Shown in pieces: positions 9,538-19,112 of a DNA stretch of 64,000 nt. The DNA comes from an uncultured virus (IMG/VR IMGVR_UViG_3300013005_000033) (taxonomy: Duplodnaviria > Heunggongvirae > Uroviricota > Caudoviricetes), in IMG/VR virus record IMGVR_UViG_3300013005_000033, positions 1-64,000 of that record, one strand, 5' to 3'. A program made the position numbers and the translations under genes. Position 1 is the first letter of the stretch. Each line of letters starts with the position of its first letter. The notes under the pieces were generated by a model. The model was given only the letters and a program-made list of their open reading frames with translations. It was not told the DNA's origin and did not search any database.

Positions 9538-10188
9538 ATGCCCCGAGCAACAAATATTCAAATAAGAAGAGGCAGCTCCACAGAATGGGCCAACGAAAAT
9601 CCGGTACTCAATAGCGGCGAGCCAGGGTACGATAGTACGAAAAGTGCCCTGAAGATAGGAGATTCAGCAAACGAGTGGAGCAAGCTGCCCTCTGTTGTTC
9701 TGAGCGCCAATCCCGATCTCGCTTCCGGAAGCGCGCAATACAATGTGATATCGTTGAGATCTCAAATAGTAGATTTCAAGTCTGTCGGCGACACAACAAT
9801 ATTTACAGTGCCGGAAGGGCACATGTTTTTCATAGACAAAATGGAAGTCGTGACAACTTCCATATCGTCTCCAAACAGTGCTCCGCACATAAGATTTGGA
9901 AAATACGATTCTCTAAGCGAATTTTATGCCTCTTCCCAAGTGAGCTCCAACGCATTGGGAGAAAGACACATAATTGAGCACCCGCAAAACGGAATAACAG
10001 CGGGATCCGCAATAACCTTTGGGGTAACTGTGGCCTCTACCGCAGGATCTCATTATGGATGCGGAATAATTGTGGGGTTTCTTTTGATGGTGGAGACAAC
10101 AAACTCAAGCTCTAGCAGTTCAAGCAGCGGAGTTTATGGAGCAAATTACTTTAGAAGCGGCTCGAAAAAACTTGATCTGTCTTGGTGA
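9538..10188 (+). CDS. Tail-fibre-associated protein with Mtd_N/hyaluronidase-type N-terminal module
   Basis: IQIRRG..EW..NPVLNSGEPGYD..LKIGD..WSKLP. Confidence 0.7.
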   Translation: MPRATNIQIRRGSSTEWANENPVLNSGEPGYDSTKSALKIGDSANEWSKLPSVVLSANPDLASGSAQYNVISLRSQIVDFKSVGDTTIFTVPEGHMFFIDKMEVVTTSISSPNSAPHIRFGKYDSLSEFYASSQVSSNALGERHIIEHPQNGITAGSAITFGVTVASTAGSHYGCGIIVGFLLMVETTNSSSSSSSSGVYGANYFRSGSKKLDLSW

Positions 10189-10197
10189 GAGTTGAAT

Positions 10198-10608
10198 TCA
10201 GTCTATTAATACGCCATCTATTAATTCTAGATGAACCAAAAGCATTCCTGCAGAAAAATCTTGCGGAACAATTCTTCTTATATCTCCCAAAGTTCTTATC
10301 ACATGCCTTATGTCTTGTGAAATCATATGCTCGCTGGAGGAGGTGTCAAACTTTCCGCTTTTTGCCATGCAATCATACGCCTTGTCAACAGCTCGGCATA
10401 TGTCCATCCCAACGCAGAAATCTATGTATTTTGGAGAAAAAATGTCAAGGCCTTCTAGAATGGATTTGTCTTCAAAATATTTTTCAATATGAAGACGAGC
10501 CATGTCCCTAATTTCTTCGCCGTTTAAGGCCGGAGCGACTTCGCACACATCAACGGACTCATCACCCAATTCGTCCAATTCATCGTACTGGTCAAAACTG
10601 AAATTCAT
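10198..10608 (-). CDS. Hypothetical acidic protein
   Basis: ORF with AGGAGG RBS. Confidence 0.65.
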   Translation of the reverse strand: MNFSFDQYDELDELGDESVDVCEVAPALNGEEIRDMARLHIEKYFEDKSILEGLDIFSPKYIDFCVGMDICRAVDKAYDCMAKSGKFDTSSSEHMISQDIRHVIRTLGDIRRIVPQDFSAGMLLVHLELIDGVLID

Positions 10609-10687
10609 TTAAGGCCTCCTTTGTTCCCACAAGATATCTAAAAAAAGAGACGCAGTCAATAGATACCCATAGAAATCTGGAGACGAG

Positions 10688-11164
10688 ATGAAAATGAAAA
10701 AAGTAGCCTTGGTCGTACTGCTTGCCGCATCAATTTCCGGATGCAATGTTTCGCCGCTGAGTCCTTCCAACAAGCCAAGAATTAAAAATAGCGGAGAAAT
10801 AGGAGACATAAAGAACAACCAGAACGGCATAATGGCGGAAATCATGAGCCTAAAGAACAAGCTTGATCTCGTCGCTAGGGATGTGGAAAACTTGCAGAAC
10901 GGACTGATCAACAGCAACAACAAGAATTTCGGCGTTCAAATATTTCAAGGCGACGGCGGCTTAGCCGTCGGCCTCTCTCTCTTAACGATACTTGCATTAT
11001 TAGTCATAAACTACAAGCTTAAATCGGAAAAGTACAAAAAAACCGCGGAACTATTCGGAAAACAAATAAGAGAATTGAAAAATCCCAGCATAGAAGATGA
11101 AATTTTCAAGGCAGCACTTGCAAACAAAGTTGAAAAGGATGTTTACAAAATACTGAAAAATTAG
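10688..11164 (+). CDS. Lipoprotein with coiled coil and internal TM helix
   Basis: Lipobox ISGC after a signal peptide; hydrophobic LAVGLSLLTILALLVI. Confidence 0.7.
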   Translation: MKMKKVALVVLLAASISGCNVSPLSPSNKPRIKNSGEIGDIKNNQNGIMAEIMSLKNKLDLVARDVENLQNGLINSNNKNFGVQIFQGDGGLAVGLSLLTILALLVINYKLKSEKYKKTAELFGKQIRELKNPSIEDEIFKAALANKVEKDVYKILKN

Positions 11165-11412
11165 TCCACATCATATCCTTGATGTATGTGCTTGAGAAGT
11201 GGATATCCGCAGCAATTGTCGCCCGAAGGAATAATTGAATCCCTAGATGCAGACTCAACATGCTTATCTATTTTTATCTTGGCATTATGTTGAAGTTTTT
11301 GGCAGTACCACTTGTTCTCGTCAAACTCGTCATTCCTTAAATAACGACATGTTTTGCTTTTGCTTGGGCTTCCAAGAAGACAAACGTCTATTAGATGCTT
11401 ATAACTTAACAT
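11161..11412 (-). CDS. Hypothetical Cys-rich protein
   Basis: Operon-packed ORF. Confidence 0.55.
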   Translation of the reverse strand: MLSYKHLIDVCLLGSPSKSKTCRYLRNDEFDENKWYCQKLQHNAKIKIDKHVESASRDSIIPSGDNCCGYPLLKHIHQGYDVD

Positions 11413-11891
11413 GAAAGATAAATTCGCTTTCCTATGGAGTCTATCATCCTGTCTCTTCCAAAATTATGGTCTATCTCGTGCTGCAATATCACTGCGCAAA
11501 TTCCGGAAAAACTACTTTCAAAGTCTTCTATTCTTAGCTTATCCTCATCGCAAACCAGCCTTTTCCCCTTTACAATTACTTCGCCATACCTTTGAAGCCT
11601 GAAATGCATGCCTTTCAAAGACAAGCACCCTTCTATGGAGTCCGATTTAGCTCCTATGCCTTGATAATCGCAATCAATTAGGCAATCATACTTACGAAGC
11701 TTTTCTGGGTAGTTGGACCAATACACGAATAGCCTCCAAGGAATTCCGACTTGAGAGGCAGAAAGGCCCATCCCATCAAGTTCATCACACAAAATCTCCA
11801 TACCTTTTGCGGCAACATACAAATCTTTAAGATTTTGCAAAGGAGTGTGAGATTCCGGTTTTGGTATCTTATCAAGAGGAACTATTTCCAT
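11406..11891 (-). CDS. def: Peptide deformylase
   Basis: GLSASQVG, EGCLS, QHEIDH. Confidence 0.92.
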   Translation of the reverse strand: MEIVPLDKIPKPESHTPLQNLKDLYVAAKGMEILCDELDGMGLSASQVGIPWRLFVYWSNYPEKLRKYDCLIDCDYQGIGAKSDSIEGCLSLKGMHFRLQRYGEVIVKGKRLVCDEDKLRIEDFESSFSGICAVILQHEIDHNFGRDRMIDSIGKRIYLSC

Positions 11892-11892
11892 G

Positions 11893-12165
11893 TCAATTTG
11901 CCAAAGCTTTGGTTATCGCCTCAGACTTTTGATTCAACCATGCTCTCAGGGCCTCCGGATTGTCTTTTAACTGACCCGGAATCCTTAATATCACGGGAAT
12001 GTCATCAGAGTCATTCACAAGCAGCCCGAGATATTTGGAGACCAAATCCCTGATCACTTGTGATACATTTTTGTGACCAAGCTTTCTTGCCGAACTTTTA
12101 ATCTGTTCGTGCATCTCGGGATCAAGAGACAAACTTATAATTTTTATCTTGCTATCTTTGCTCAT
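11893..12165 (-). CDS. Ribbon-helix-helix DNA-binding protein
   Basis: IISLSLD..QIK..A..NVSQVIRDLV CopG-like pattern. Confidence 0.7.
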   Translation of the reverse strand: MSKDSKIKIISLSLDPEMHEQIKSSARKLGHKNVSQVIRDLVSKYLGLLVNDSDDIPVILRIPGQLKDNPEALRAWLNQKSEAITKALAN

Positions 12166-12174
12166 GATGCCTTT

Positions 12175-12417
12175 CTAAAAATGCGATCTGATTTTTTCTT
12201 TACGGCGCTCTATCTCAGATTCCTTTCTCTTTCGCTTCCTCTTTGCACTTGGACTTTCGTAGTACTGTCTCTCTTTATATTCCGAAAGTATTCCCAACTC
12301 GTTCACTTGTCTCTTGAAAATTGACAACATCGTCTTGAATGCCCTTTCACGCTCGTAGTACGAAGCATTCGGAGGCAGATCTTTCAATTCAACCCTAACT
12401 AAAGCTTTCCTAGCCAT
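12175..12417 (-). CDS. rpsU: Ribosomal protein bS21
   Basis: FKRQV..GILSEYKERQYYESPSAKRKRK. Confidence 0.85.
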   Translation of the reverse strand: MARKALVRVELKDLPPNASYYERERAFKTMLSIFKRQVNELGILSEYKERQYYESPSAKRKRKRKESEIERRKEKIRSHF

Positions 12418-12498
12418 TGTTCAACTCTAATTATTGACCGATGAAATGTTATAGTACGGAGCCAATGCGACGAGCATTGGGCATACAAAAACACACAA

Positions 12499-13635
12499 TC
12501 AGTCCCTTTGTACTTTAATAAATCTTGAACCCAACTTCTTGTTCTTGATTCTTCTGACCGAGTCGTAAGGAACTATCTCCTCAAACTCCGCAGAAGAAGG
12601 CCAAGAATCCCTATCCATCTTGCCGTATATCTTGTTCAACTTCACGATAAGATGATCTAATAGGTTTGAATTCCAAGAAGCCCTATCTCCACTCTCTATG
12701 ATAGCTCCAAATCCAAAAATATACTCCTTGGGAACCTTGTGTCCGCAAAGATCATTTAATTCGTAGTCCTTCAAACCGTTGAATTTAGCCCTCTCGTCAA
12801 AACAGACGAAGGGCGTCCTTGCTGCAATTGCGTATCTTGATATTCCACTGAACATGTCAACTACACAGCCAGTTGCCCTCATGGCCCCCAAGCACTTCAT
12901 TAGGTCTATGTCTTTAAGATGAAGGCAATCGTTCGTGAACTCAGCAGAAAGATCGTAAGAGAATATGTCGTTATAGACGACCGGAAAGAATTTATTCTTC
13001 AAAAGCCTGTCGATCAAATCCGTCCAAAACTCTTTCGGAACGGAAAGTTTAGCAAGCCCTCCAAATCTCCATGAAAAAATGGTTCTTGAAGGATATATGA
13101 AAACCTTAGATTCTCTCTGGGCGAGTACGCGGGCGGACTCAACGCCTAAAGATGCACTTGAGGGTATTGCAGGCAGATATGTTTTGACATGTTTAAGCCG
13201 TTCAAAGAATTCCTTTGTTATGCCATTATTGTAAAAAGGCAAAAGATCCTTGTCTGACATGACATCGTAAAAATACTGATTTAATGCCCTGTGGATCAGC
13301 GTAGCTACAGATGAGTTATTAGAAAATCCAGATGTCTCTGTTCTCAATTTGTCCAGGGAAGTCTCGTCTTCGACCTGCCAGTATTCGTCAACATAGGGAA
13401 ATAAACCCTCGTGCCCCGGCCATGAAGCAAGAATGAAATACTTGGAAGCCTTCAATTCATCTTTTATTCTTTTCAGCAAAAGAGAAGAAAGCACAAAAGA
13501 GGAGCGGTGATCGCCAAAGAACGGAAGAATTACTATGTTTTCCACAGATGTGGGCAAGTTTCTTTCTTTGAAGCGAACTCGGATAAGACCCGATTTTTCT
13601 GCGGACTTTTTGAGAAGGCTTTGCGTGTCAATCAT
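12499..13635 (-). CDS. GT9 (heptosyltransferase)-like protein
   Basis: C-terminal FW..LI..L, SGISRYAIAARTP typical of GT-B/GT9; paralog of its neighbour. Confidence 0.55.
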   Translation of the reverse strand: MIDTQSLLKKSAEKSGLIRVRFKERNLPTSVENIVILPFFGDHRSSFVLSSLLLKRIKDELKASKYFILASWPGHEGLFPYVDEYWQVEDETSLDKLRTETSGFSNNSSVATLIHRALNQYFYDVMSDKDLLPFYNNGITKEFFERLKHVKTYLPAIPSSASLGVESARVLAQRESKVFIYPSRTIFSWRFGGLAKLSVPKEFWTDLIDRLLKNKFFPVVYNDIFSYDLSAEFTNDCLHLKDIDLMKCLGAMRATGCVVDMFSGISRYAIAARTPFVCFDERAKFNGLKDYELNDLCGHKVPKEYIFGFGAIIESGDRASWNSNLLDHLIVKLNKIYGKMDRDSWPSSAEFEEIVPYDSVRRIKNKKLGSRFIKVQRD

Positions 13636-14816
13636 TTGTCGCCCACCCTTTTTCTGTTGTCCTCTCTAAGCTTTGAAACAATAGACTCTTCCACCAAACC
13701 GATATGATCTTCAAAATCTCCCAATTCCATTTCCTCTATGCATTTCTTAACTATTTCCAAACCCTTGGCATTATCTTGATATACATTCAAATAGTGATTT
13801 ATTGACAGTTTTCTCGGGCCAAAATCACAAAGATTTCTTCTTATGCCTTCCTGCCCTTGTCCCCATATCTGTTCCGGGCTCTCAAAAAGCAAGTAGGGAA
13901 CGCCCATCATTCCGGAAAGTCTAGTGGACGCAGTCCAGAACTGGACAGTAAAACTGCACTGTTTGATGATCGCAAGGGTCGATTCCAGATTCTTGGATTC
14001 GTCCATCCTAGAAAAATCAACAACATCAGGAACGGGACAGGGCATAGTACTGACCTTCTCGCCGAGCCAAATAGGGTCATACCCCATGCCTCTCATAAGT
14101 TCTATCAAACCAACATAAAATTCAGGCTGCAGGTTCCTTCCGTAGCACTTTCTTGCCCTTGCGAAGATTCCCACGGGCTTTTTACCTAAATATTTCCTTA
14201 CGCTCTCGAGACAAGATTCATCGGGCGGAGGGATCCTTATTGCCCTCGGCTTCCAATAGGAAACATCTCCCGATATGGAAGGCATTATGTTTGAACTATG
14301 GCATTGGGGGCAAGTTTTCTTTTCGTACCTACCGTCCAAGAAAACAGTGTTGTAAAAAAGCTTACAATCAAAGCACTTGGCTGATATGAATATCCTGCCT
14401 AGGTAAGAGGATGGGACTACAACACCAAAGTTCTCCAAGGTCTTTTCTAGCCTATGCAAATTTTTTGAATCGTGATGGAATGCCCTTGCATACTCGCGAA
14501 GCCACATGTGTTCCGGCTTGACTGCCCAGAATTCATCAACAAGATGCCTGTAAAGGTATTCCCTGCCGTGCCATCCGACAACTATTTTGTACTTTCCCGG
14601 ATGATCCCTCATTATTCTTGGCAAACAATAAATGACCCCGGTGGTCTCGCAGCCGAACTCAGAAAAGCAACTTACAATTATGACTTGTCTAGGATCATTT
14701 GGTTTGGGCCTGTCGTTGAGCTTAAAGACATCAAATTTTATGTCTTCAATCCTCTCCTCTGCTATGAAGTCTTTTTGATCCCCAGGATTTCTTTTTGCGG
14801 TCTTTAAAAGTTTCAA
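13632..14816 (-). CDS. GT9-like glycosyltransferase with Zn ribbon
   Basis: EFG, RNL, TASTRLSGMMGVP; CFDC..CPQC; TTG start overlaps the upstream stop. Confidence 0.55.
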   Translation of the reverse strand: MKLLKTAKRNPGDQKDFIAEERIEDIKFDVFKLNDRPKPNDPRQVIIVSCFSEFGCETTGVIYCLPRIMRDHPGKYKIVVGWHGREYLYRHLVDEFWAVKPEHMWLREYARAFHHDSKNLHRLEKTLENFGVVVPSSYLGRIFISAKCFDCKLFYNTVFLDGRYEKKTCPQCHSSNIMPSISGDVSYWKPRAIRIPPPDESCLESVRKYLGKKPVGIFARARKCYGRNLQPEFYVGLIELMRGMGYDPIWLGEKVSTMPCPVPDVVDFSRMDESKNLESTLAIIKQCSFTVQFWTASTRLSGMMGVPYLLFESPEQIWGQGQEGIRRNLCDFGPRKLSINHYLNVYQDNAKGLEIVKKCIEEMELGDFEDHIGLVEESIVSKLREDNRKRVGDK

Positions 14817-14998
14817 GAGATTTTCCTTGTCATCTTCGCCATTCTCTTGCAAGAGGGGCATCTAAAACGCCTTGGACGCCCACAATTAGAACAAGAATTA
14901 TTAATCTCCACTAAATGAGATAAATCTTTAGAAAAACCAGTGGACTCTTCAAACCACTTGCAATAACAGCACTTTATTATGAAATTATTCTGTGACAT
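14813..14998 (-). CDS. Small Zn-finger protein
   Basis: CCYC, CSNC, CPSC. Confidence 0.6.
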   Translation of the reverse strand: MSQNNFIIKCCYCKWFEESTGFSKDLSHLVEINNSCSNCGRPRRFRCPSCKRMAKMTRKIS

Positions 14999-15368
14999 TC
15001 AACTTGGATATTTTGTGGGGTCTCTTCACGATTCCAGAATTGCTTATGGTCTCATCACCCATCCAGATGTGACAAAATCCAGAAGTTCTGTCCTTTCCTA
15101 GGGCCAGTATTCCATTCTGATCAAGCCCAACCACGACATGGGTTCCGAAATAACCCATAGGCATCTCGTTCCGATATTTATCAATCCACACCGGACCGCC
15201 CGAAACCTTTATGTAATCCCCGGGATGCAGAGTCCTCCAGTCGGAAACGGAAGATCTCCTAGGCCTTTTTTTCTTGACTTTGAAGGCAAATTTAGCGTCG
15301 CACTTTTTGCACTGCCTGAGTCTGGGCGCGCATTTTGTTCCGCAATTCGGACATGTTTTCAAAGGCAT
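14985..15368 (-). CDS. Zn-ribbon protein
   Basis: KTCPNCG..CKKC. Confidence 0.65.
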   Translation of the reverse strand: MPLKTCPNCGTKCAPRLRQCKKCDAKFAFKVKKKRPRRSSVSDWRTLHPGDYIKVSGGPVWIDKYRNEMPMGYFGTHVVVGLDQNGILALGKDRTSGFCHIWMGDETISNSGIVKRPHKISKLNVTE

Positions 15369-15369
15369 G

Positions 15370-16437
15370 TCATTTATTCCTTATAATTCTGAATACTCTC
15401 TTGGTCTCTTTGTACTCAAAAAGATCCCAAGCCTTTTTTTTGATTTCCTCGTCCTCATCCTCATCTATGGACGCCCCAGCCAAATCATATCGGTACGCCC
15501 CCTTGCCCAACTTTCCGCCTCCCTTGCCAAACTTGCCCGCAAGATCCTGGCAGAGCGCAGGAACCGAAACGGACGAGGCTTTGGTTCGAACGCTTCCCTC
15601 CATCTTATTTCCATCAACAAGAGCAAAAACTACCGCCGTGTTGACATCCTCCCAAGTAACCATCTCATCGGCCATGTCTGCGATCATATCTCTGTGCTTG
15701 GCTGGTATGATGCCCATTCCAACCACACCCACACTGTCTTCCACCGTGGCCTCAGAGCATGCCAAGGCCTTGGATTCTGTCCAGAACTTTGGGCGCTCAA
15801 AATTTATTATCTGCTTGAGGAGCAGAGGATCCCTGTATGGGAACATTTTGCTCCAAGCGTTGAATTCAAATTCGCTACAGTCATCAGACATAAGAAAGTC
15901 AGTGTCCGTTGTGATTCCAACCATCATTCCGGTCGTGACAAGCGAGTCGTTTTCATCAAACTCGAGGCCAAAATACTCAATGATTGAGTAAATCGTCGCA
16001 CAAGCACTCCCGGCTTTAAAGTTCATATAAAGACCGTCAAAATTCCTCGGCATTTCCTTGTGATGGTCTATAACAACATCAAATTTAAAATTCGGATCGG
16101 GAACCCCCGCATTCTCAGGGATGCAATCAACAGTGACCCTCAAGCAATATTGCGAGTCTGAGTAGTCGCCCAAGAGTTTAAGATCGGGCTCCAAAAGGTT
16201 AACCATGGATCTGTTCTGGGGGTGGGATATGGTTCCCGTATAAAATAAATCCGATGATATGCCGAACCTTCCCAGCAGCCACTTTAGACCCATCATGGAG
16301 CCTATCGCATCAGGATCAGGATATGGATGGGTGAATATGGCAACCTTTCCAGAGCAACCACGAATCAATTCCCTGAGCTTATCCATGCTGGCTACATCGG
16401 GCCTTTCGCAAGCCAAATCTACCATTTTTCTTTCCAT
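15370..16437 (-). CDS. DHH/DHHA1 phosphoesterase (NrnA-like)
   Basis: HPYPDPDAIGS, IDHH, GITTDT, GSVR, GGG. Confidence 0.9.
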   Translation of the reverse strand: MERKMVDLACERPDVASMDKLRELIRGCSGKVAIFTHPYPDPDAIGSMMGLKWLLGRFGISSDLFYTGTISHPQNRSMVNLLEPDLKLLGDYSDSQYCLRVTVDCIPENAGVPDPNFKFDVVIDHHKEMPRNFDGLYMNFKAGSACATIYSIIEYFGLEFDENDSLVTTGMMVGITTDTDFLMSDDCSEFEFNAWSKMFPYRDPLLLKQIINFERPKFWTESKALACSEATVEDSVGVVGMGIIPAKHRDMIADMADEMVTWEDVNTAVVFALVDGNKMEGSVRTKASSVSVPALCQDLAGKFGKGGGKLGKGAYRYDLAGASIDEDEDEEIKKKAWDLFEYKETKRVFRIIRNK

Positions 16438-16443
16438 GAAAGG

Positions 16444-16962
16444 CTATTTCTTAATTCGACCCATCTTGTCGCTGAGTTCATCAATCTTGGAAATCAAGGA
16501 CTTGATCTGAGACTGGTAGTCCTTGTCGTCCATGACCGCCACCTTGCACTCCAGATCGTGAAGTTTTTTCTTCATATCTCCCAGATCATCAATGTCCTTC
16601 TCGTCAAAGGTGGATGCAAGGGCACCGGCGTCAAGATTCTGGTCTTTGCCCTCTGTGCCTCGACGTACGGGATTTGGCGGATCTTCGGAAACGGTAGATA
16701 CACTTACGGCCTCGTCAATTCTCTGTACATCCACGCCCCCGTCAGCGACGGCATTTATAGCTCGCCAGTAATCGGAATCGGAGGAATCAATTGAATCAGT
16801 CGGATTAGACTGTTGCAGACCAAAAAAACTATCGCTCGAGGTGTGCTTGCAAGTAGAAGGAGGCTTGGGAGCGTCCTTGAAAATGTCGCTCTGTAAGGCT
16901 TTGTCCCACTTGTCCACCCAATTATCAAAATCTTCCTTGGATGCCTCAAACGCGTCTTTCAT
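16444..16962 (-). CDS. Hypothetical acidic coiled-coil protein
   Basis: ORF with GAGG RBS; TATATA upstream. Confidence 0.7.
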   Translation of the reverse strand: MKDAFEASKEDFDNWVDKWDKALQSDIFKDAPKPPSTCKHTSSDSFFGLQQSNPTDSIDSSDSDYWRAINAVADGGVDVQRIDEAVSVSTVSEDPPNPVRRGTEGKDQNLDAGALASTFDEKDIDDLGDMKKKLHDLECKVAVMDDKDYQSQIKSLISKIDELSDKMGRIKK

Positions 16963-17003
16963 TTTGCCTTTTTCCTCAATTAAAGTCCTTTGTATATAGA
17001 CCC

Positions 17004-17975
17004 TCAGTTCCCAAAACCGACTATGCCCAAATTTTCCTTTACAGAAGGAATCAAGGACTTGACGACATCCACGACTATGCTGTTACCCAAATAAAATATT
17101 TTTTGCTCATCTCCTATCTCTAAAAAATCAAAATCATTGGGGAAGCCGAACATCTTGAGGCACTCTCCGACATTGAGCCTTCTGATGTTGTTCCCGACCT
17201 TGTAGAGACCAGTCTTTGCCCCAGGACCGCCCGAAGAAGCACAAATTGTCACGCCGCATGATCCAACGTCATAGATCCTCTCGCCTTGCCTTCCGCCCTT
17301 CTTCTTTTCGTTAGAGAATATGTTGAAAAGGATTCTAGGCTTGAACGGACGGGCCTTGGAGTTCTTGGCCACAAGATAGTGCTTGCTTCCGTCCCAACAC
17401 GAATTATCAGATCTGTCCAAGATTGAAGACACGGCACGATGTTTAGATGTCTTGTCCGGGAAGACAAAGTCGCCGGACTTTGTGGCGACCATGAAAATTC
17501 TTTGGCGACATTGGGGCGAGCCGTAATGCGCAGAATCCATCACCTTAGAAAAGAACCCATAACCTCTGTCTTCAAATGACTTCTTAATGGTTGCGTAGGT
17601 TCTTCCGTCGTCATGCGTCTTCAAGTTCTTGACATTCTCAAGAATTGCCATGGCGGGCTTTTTCGCGTCCACAATCCTCAAAATGTCATAGAATAGATTG
17701 CCCCTGTCGTCTCCGAAACCGAGCTTGGATCCAGCAATGCTGAAGGGCTGACAAGGGAAGCCCGCACAAAGAATTTCAAAATCAGGCAAGGATGAGGCAT
17801 CAACGCTTTTGATGTCGCCATGGGGATCAAGGCCGTAGTTGGCCTTGTATATTTGCCTGACCTTGTCGTTTATATCGCAAGCGAAAACGCATTTGAACTC
17901 GGGATGTTCTTTAAAGGCTTGGTGAAACGCACCCAGTCCGCAAAAAAGATCCACATACCTTGTTTGTTCCATCAA
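17004..17975 (-). CDS. DNA (cytosine-5) methyltransferase
   Basis: DLFCGLG, GFPCQPFS, ENV, QCRQR, GNS motifs. Confidence 0.95.
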   Translation of the reverse strand: MMEQTRYVDLFCGLGAFHQAFKEHPEFKCVFACDINDKVRQIYKANYGLDPHGDIKSVDASSLPDFEILCAGFPCQPFSIAGSKLGFGDDRGNLFYDILRIVDAKKPAMAILENVKNLKTHDDGRTYATIKKSFEDRGYGFFSKVMDSAHYGSPQCRQRIFMVATKSGDFVFPDKTSKHRAVSSILDRSDNSCWDGSKHYLVAKNSKARPFKPRILFNIFSNEKKKGGRQGERIYDVGSCGVTICASSGGPGAKTGLYKVGNNIRRLNVGECLKMFGFPNDFDFLEIGDEQKIFYLGNSIVVDVVKSLIPSVKENLGIVGFGN

Positions 17976-18535
17976 GGCCTCACTAAAAGTCTTTCTATCT
18001 GCTGCTGACTAGTCATCTTGGGTTCTTCAGGAGATCCTCCTCCCCATCTAAACTGGTTGTACCAGCCTCGGCGCTTGCCTGTATATCTGGTGTGGCCTTC
18101 CAAAAATCTGCGGACTGCGAATTCGGTGTGCTTGGTATAAAGCACGCTGAAAAGAGCGTCCTCAAAGTCGTCTATTTTAGGATGGTAATTCTGTCCGCAT
18201 CTAAGCAAAATTGTAAAAAGAGACCTCTTCATTGAGGTTGAAGTCCACCATAGCGAAGATCTTATCCAAGATATGTTATTTCTCTGTGTCGGGCCTACAA
18301 CAGACCTCTTGAAAAGGCCAAGTCGCTCCTCAACCTTGTTCATGAAGGCCGCTATGTTTTTAGATTTATTGGGCTTGTGACAAAAAAGAAAACGCCTTAT
18401 GCCTTGGGATTCATCTTGAAAATATTCTCTGCAATACAGCCACTCCATCGCAACAAGTGTACCGTCGGGCCTAATTTTCTCTATCCTAGAGAAAGATCCC
18501 CTATTCAACCTCTGGTACTGGGACGCTTTGGGCAT
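17972..18535 (-). CDS. Hypothetical protein
   Basis: ORF; start uncertain (MPKASQ after GGAG). Confidence 0.6.
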   Translation of the reverse strand: MPKASQYQRLNRGSFSRIEKIRPDGTLVAMEWLYCREYFQDESQGIRRFLFCHKPNKSKNIAAFMNKVEERLGLFKRSVVGPTQRNNISWIRSSLWWTSTSMKRSLFTILLRCGQNYHPKIDDFEDALFSVLYTKHTEFAVRRFLEGHTRYTGKRRGWYNQFRWGGGSPEEPKMTSQQQIERLLVRP

Positions 18536-19085
18536 CTCCACCCGACGCATCTTGCCAAGATTCGGAATCAAAACGCTCACGGCTATCCTCCCGGAACTCA
18601 AGATTCAACTTTTCGGATTCCTCCTTTGGAAGAATCCTTGATTCTATCTGTGGTTCGTTTGTTTTATCAAGAAACTCATCAAGATTCAATACCGAAATTG
18701 TGCTCCAATGAGGATCGTTCTTCGGCATGTTCTCTGGCTTTGTGTAGAAAAACATTTCTAGAGTGTACTTGTACGGCTTTTGAGCGACTTCGTCCTCGCT
18801 CATTCCCGAGAGAATGTCCTCGGCCATCATCCTGGGAACCCTGTAGGCGTCCAGCTCGGAAGCGTAAAGAAGCTTCCTCATGACTTGGGCGGTGGCCTCC
18901 ATCTTGTTCTCCGTGGATGTCAAAAGAGATATTATCTGCCTCTTCTCGTTACCCTCCACGAACTCCGCAGTGGCCGAATACTGCGCTATTATCTCGCCCT
19001 TCTCGGGAGAGCTGTTTCTTACATCTCTGAAGTAGGAGGAAAAGTTCTCCTCCGTGATTTCAATATCTTCAACTGCTGATTCCAT
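18501..19085 (-). CDS. Hypothetical acidic protein
   Basis: ORF track. Confidence 0.65.
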   Translation of the reverse strand: MESAVEDIEITEENFSSYFRDVRNSSPEKGEIIAQYSATAEFVEGNEKRQIISLLTSTENKMEATAQVMRKLLYASELDAYRVPRMMAEDILSGMSEDEVAQKPYKYTLEMFFYTKPENMPKNDPHWSTISVLNLDEFLDKTNEPQIESRILPKEESEKLNLEFREDSRERFDSESWQDASGGDAQSVPVPEVE

Positions 19086-19112
19086 GATTTAAAATAGTAA
19101 TTTTGCACAAAT

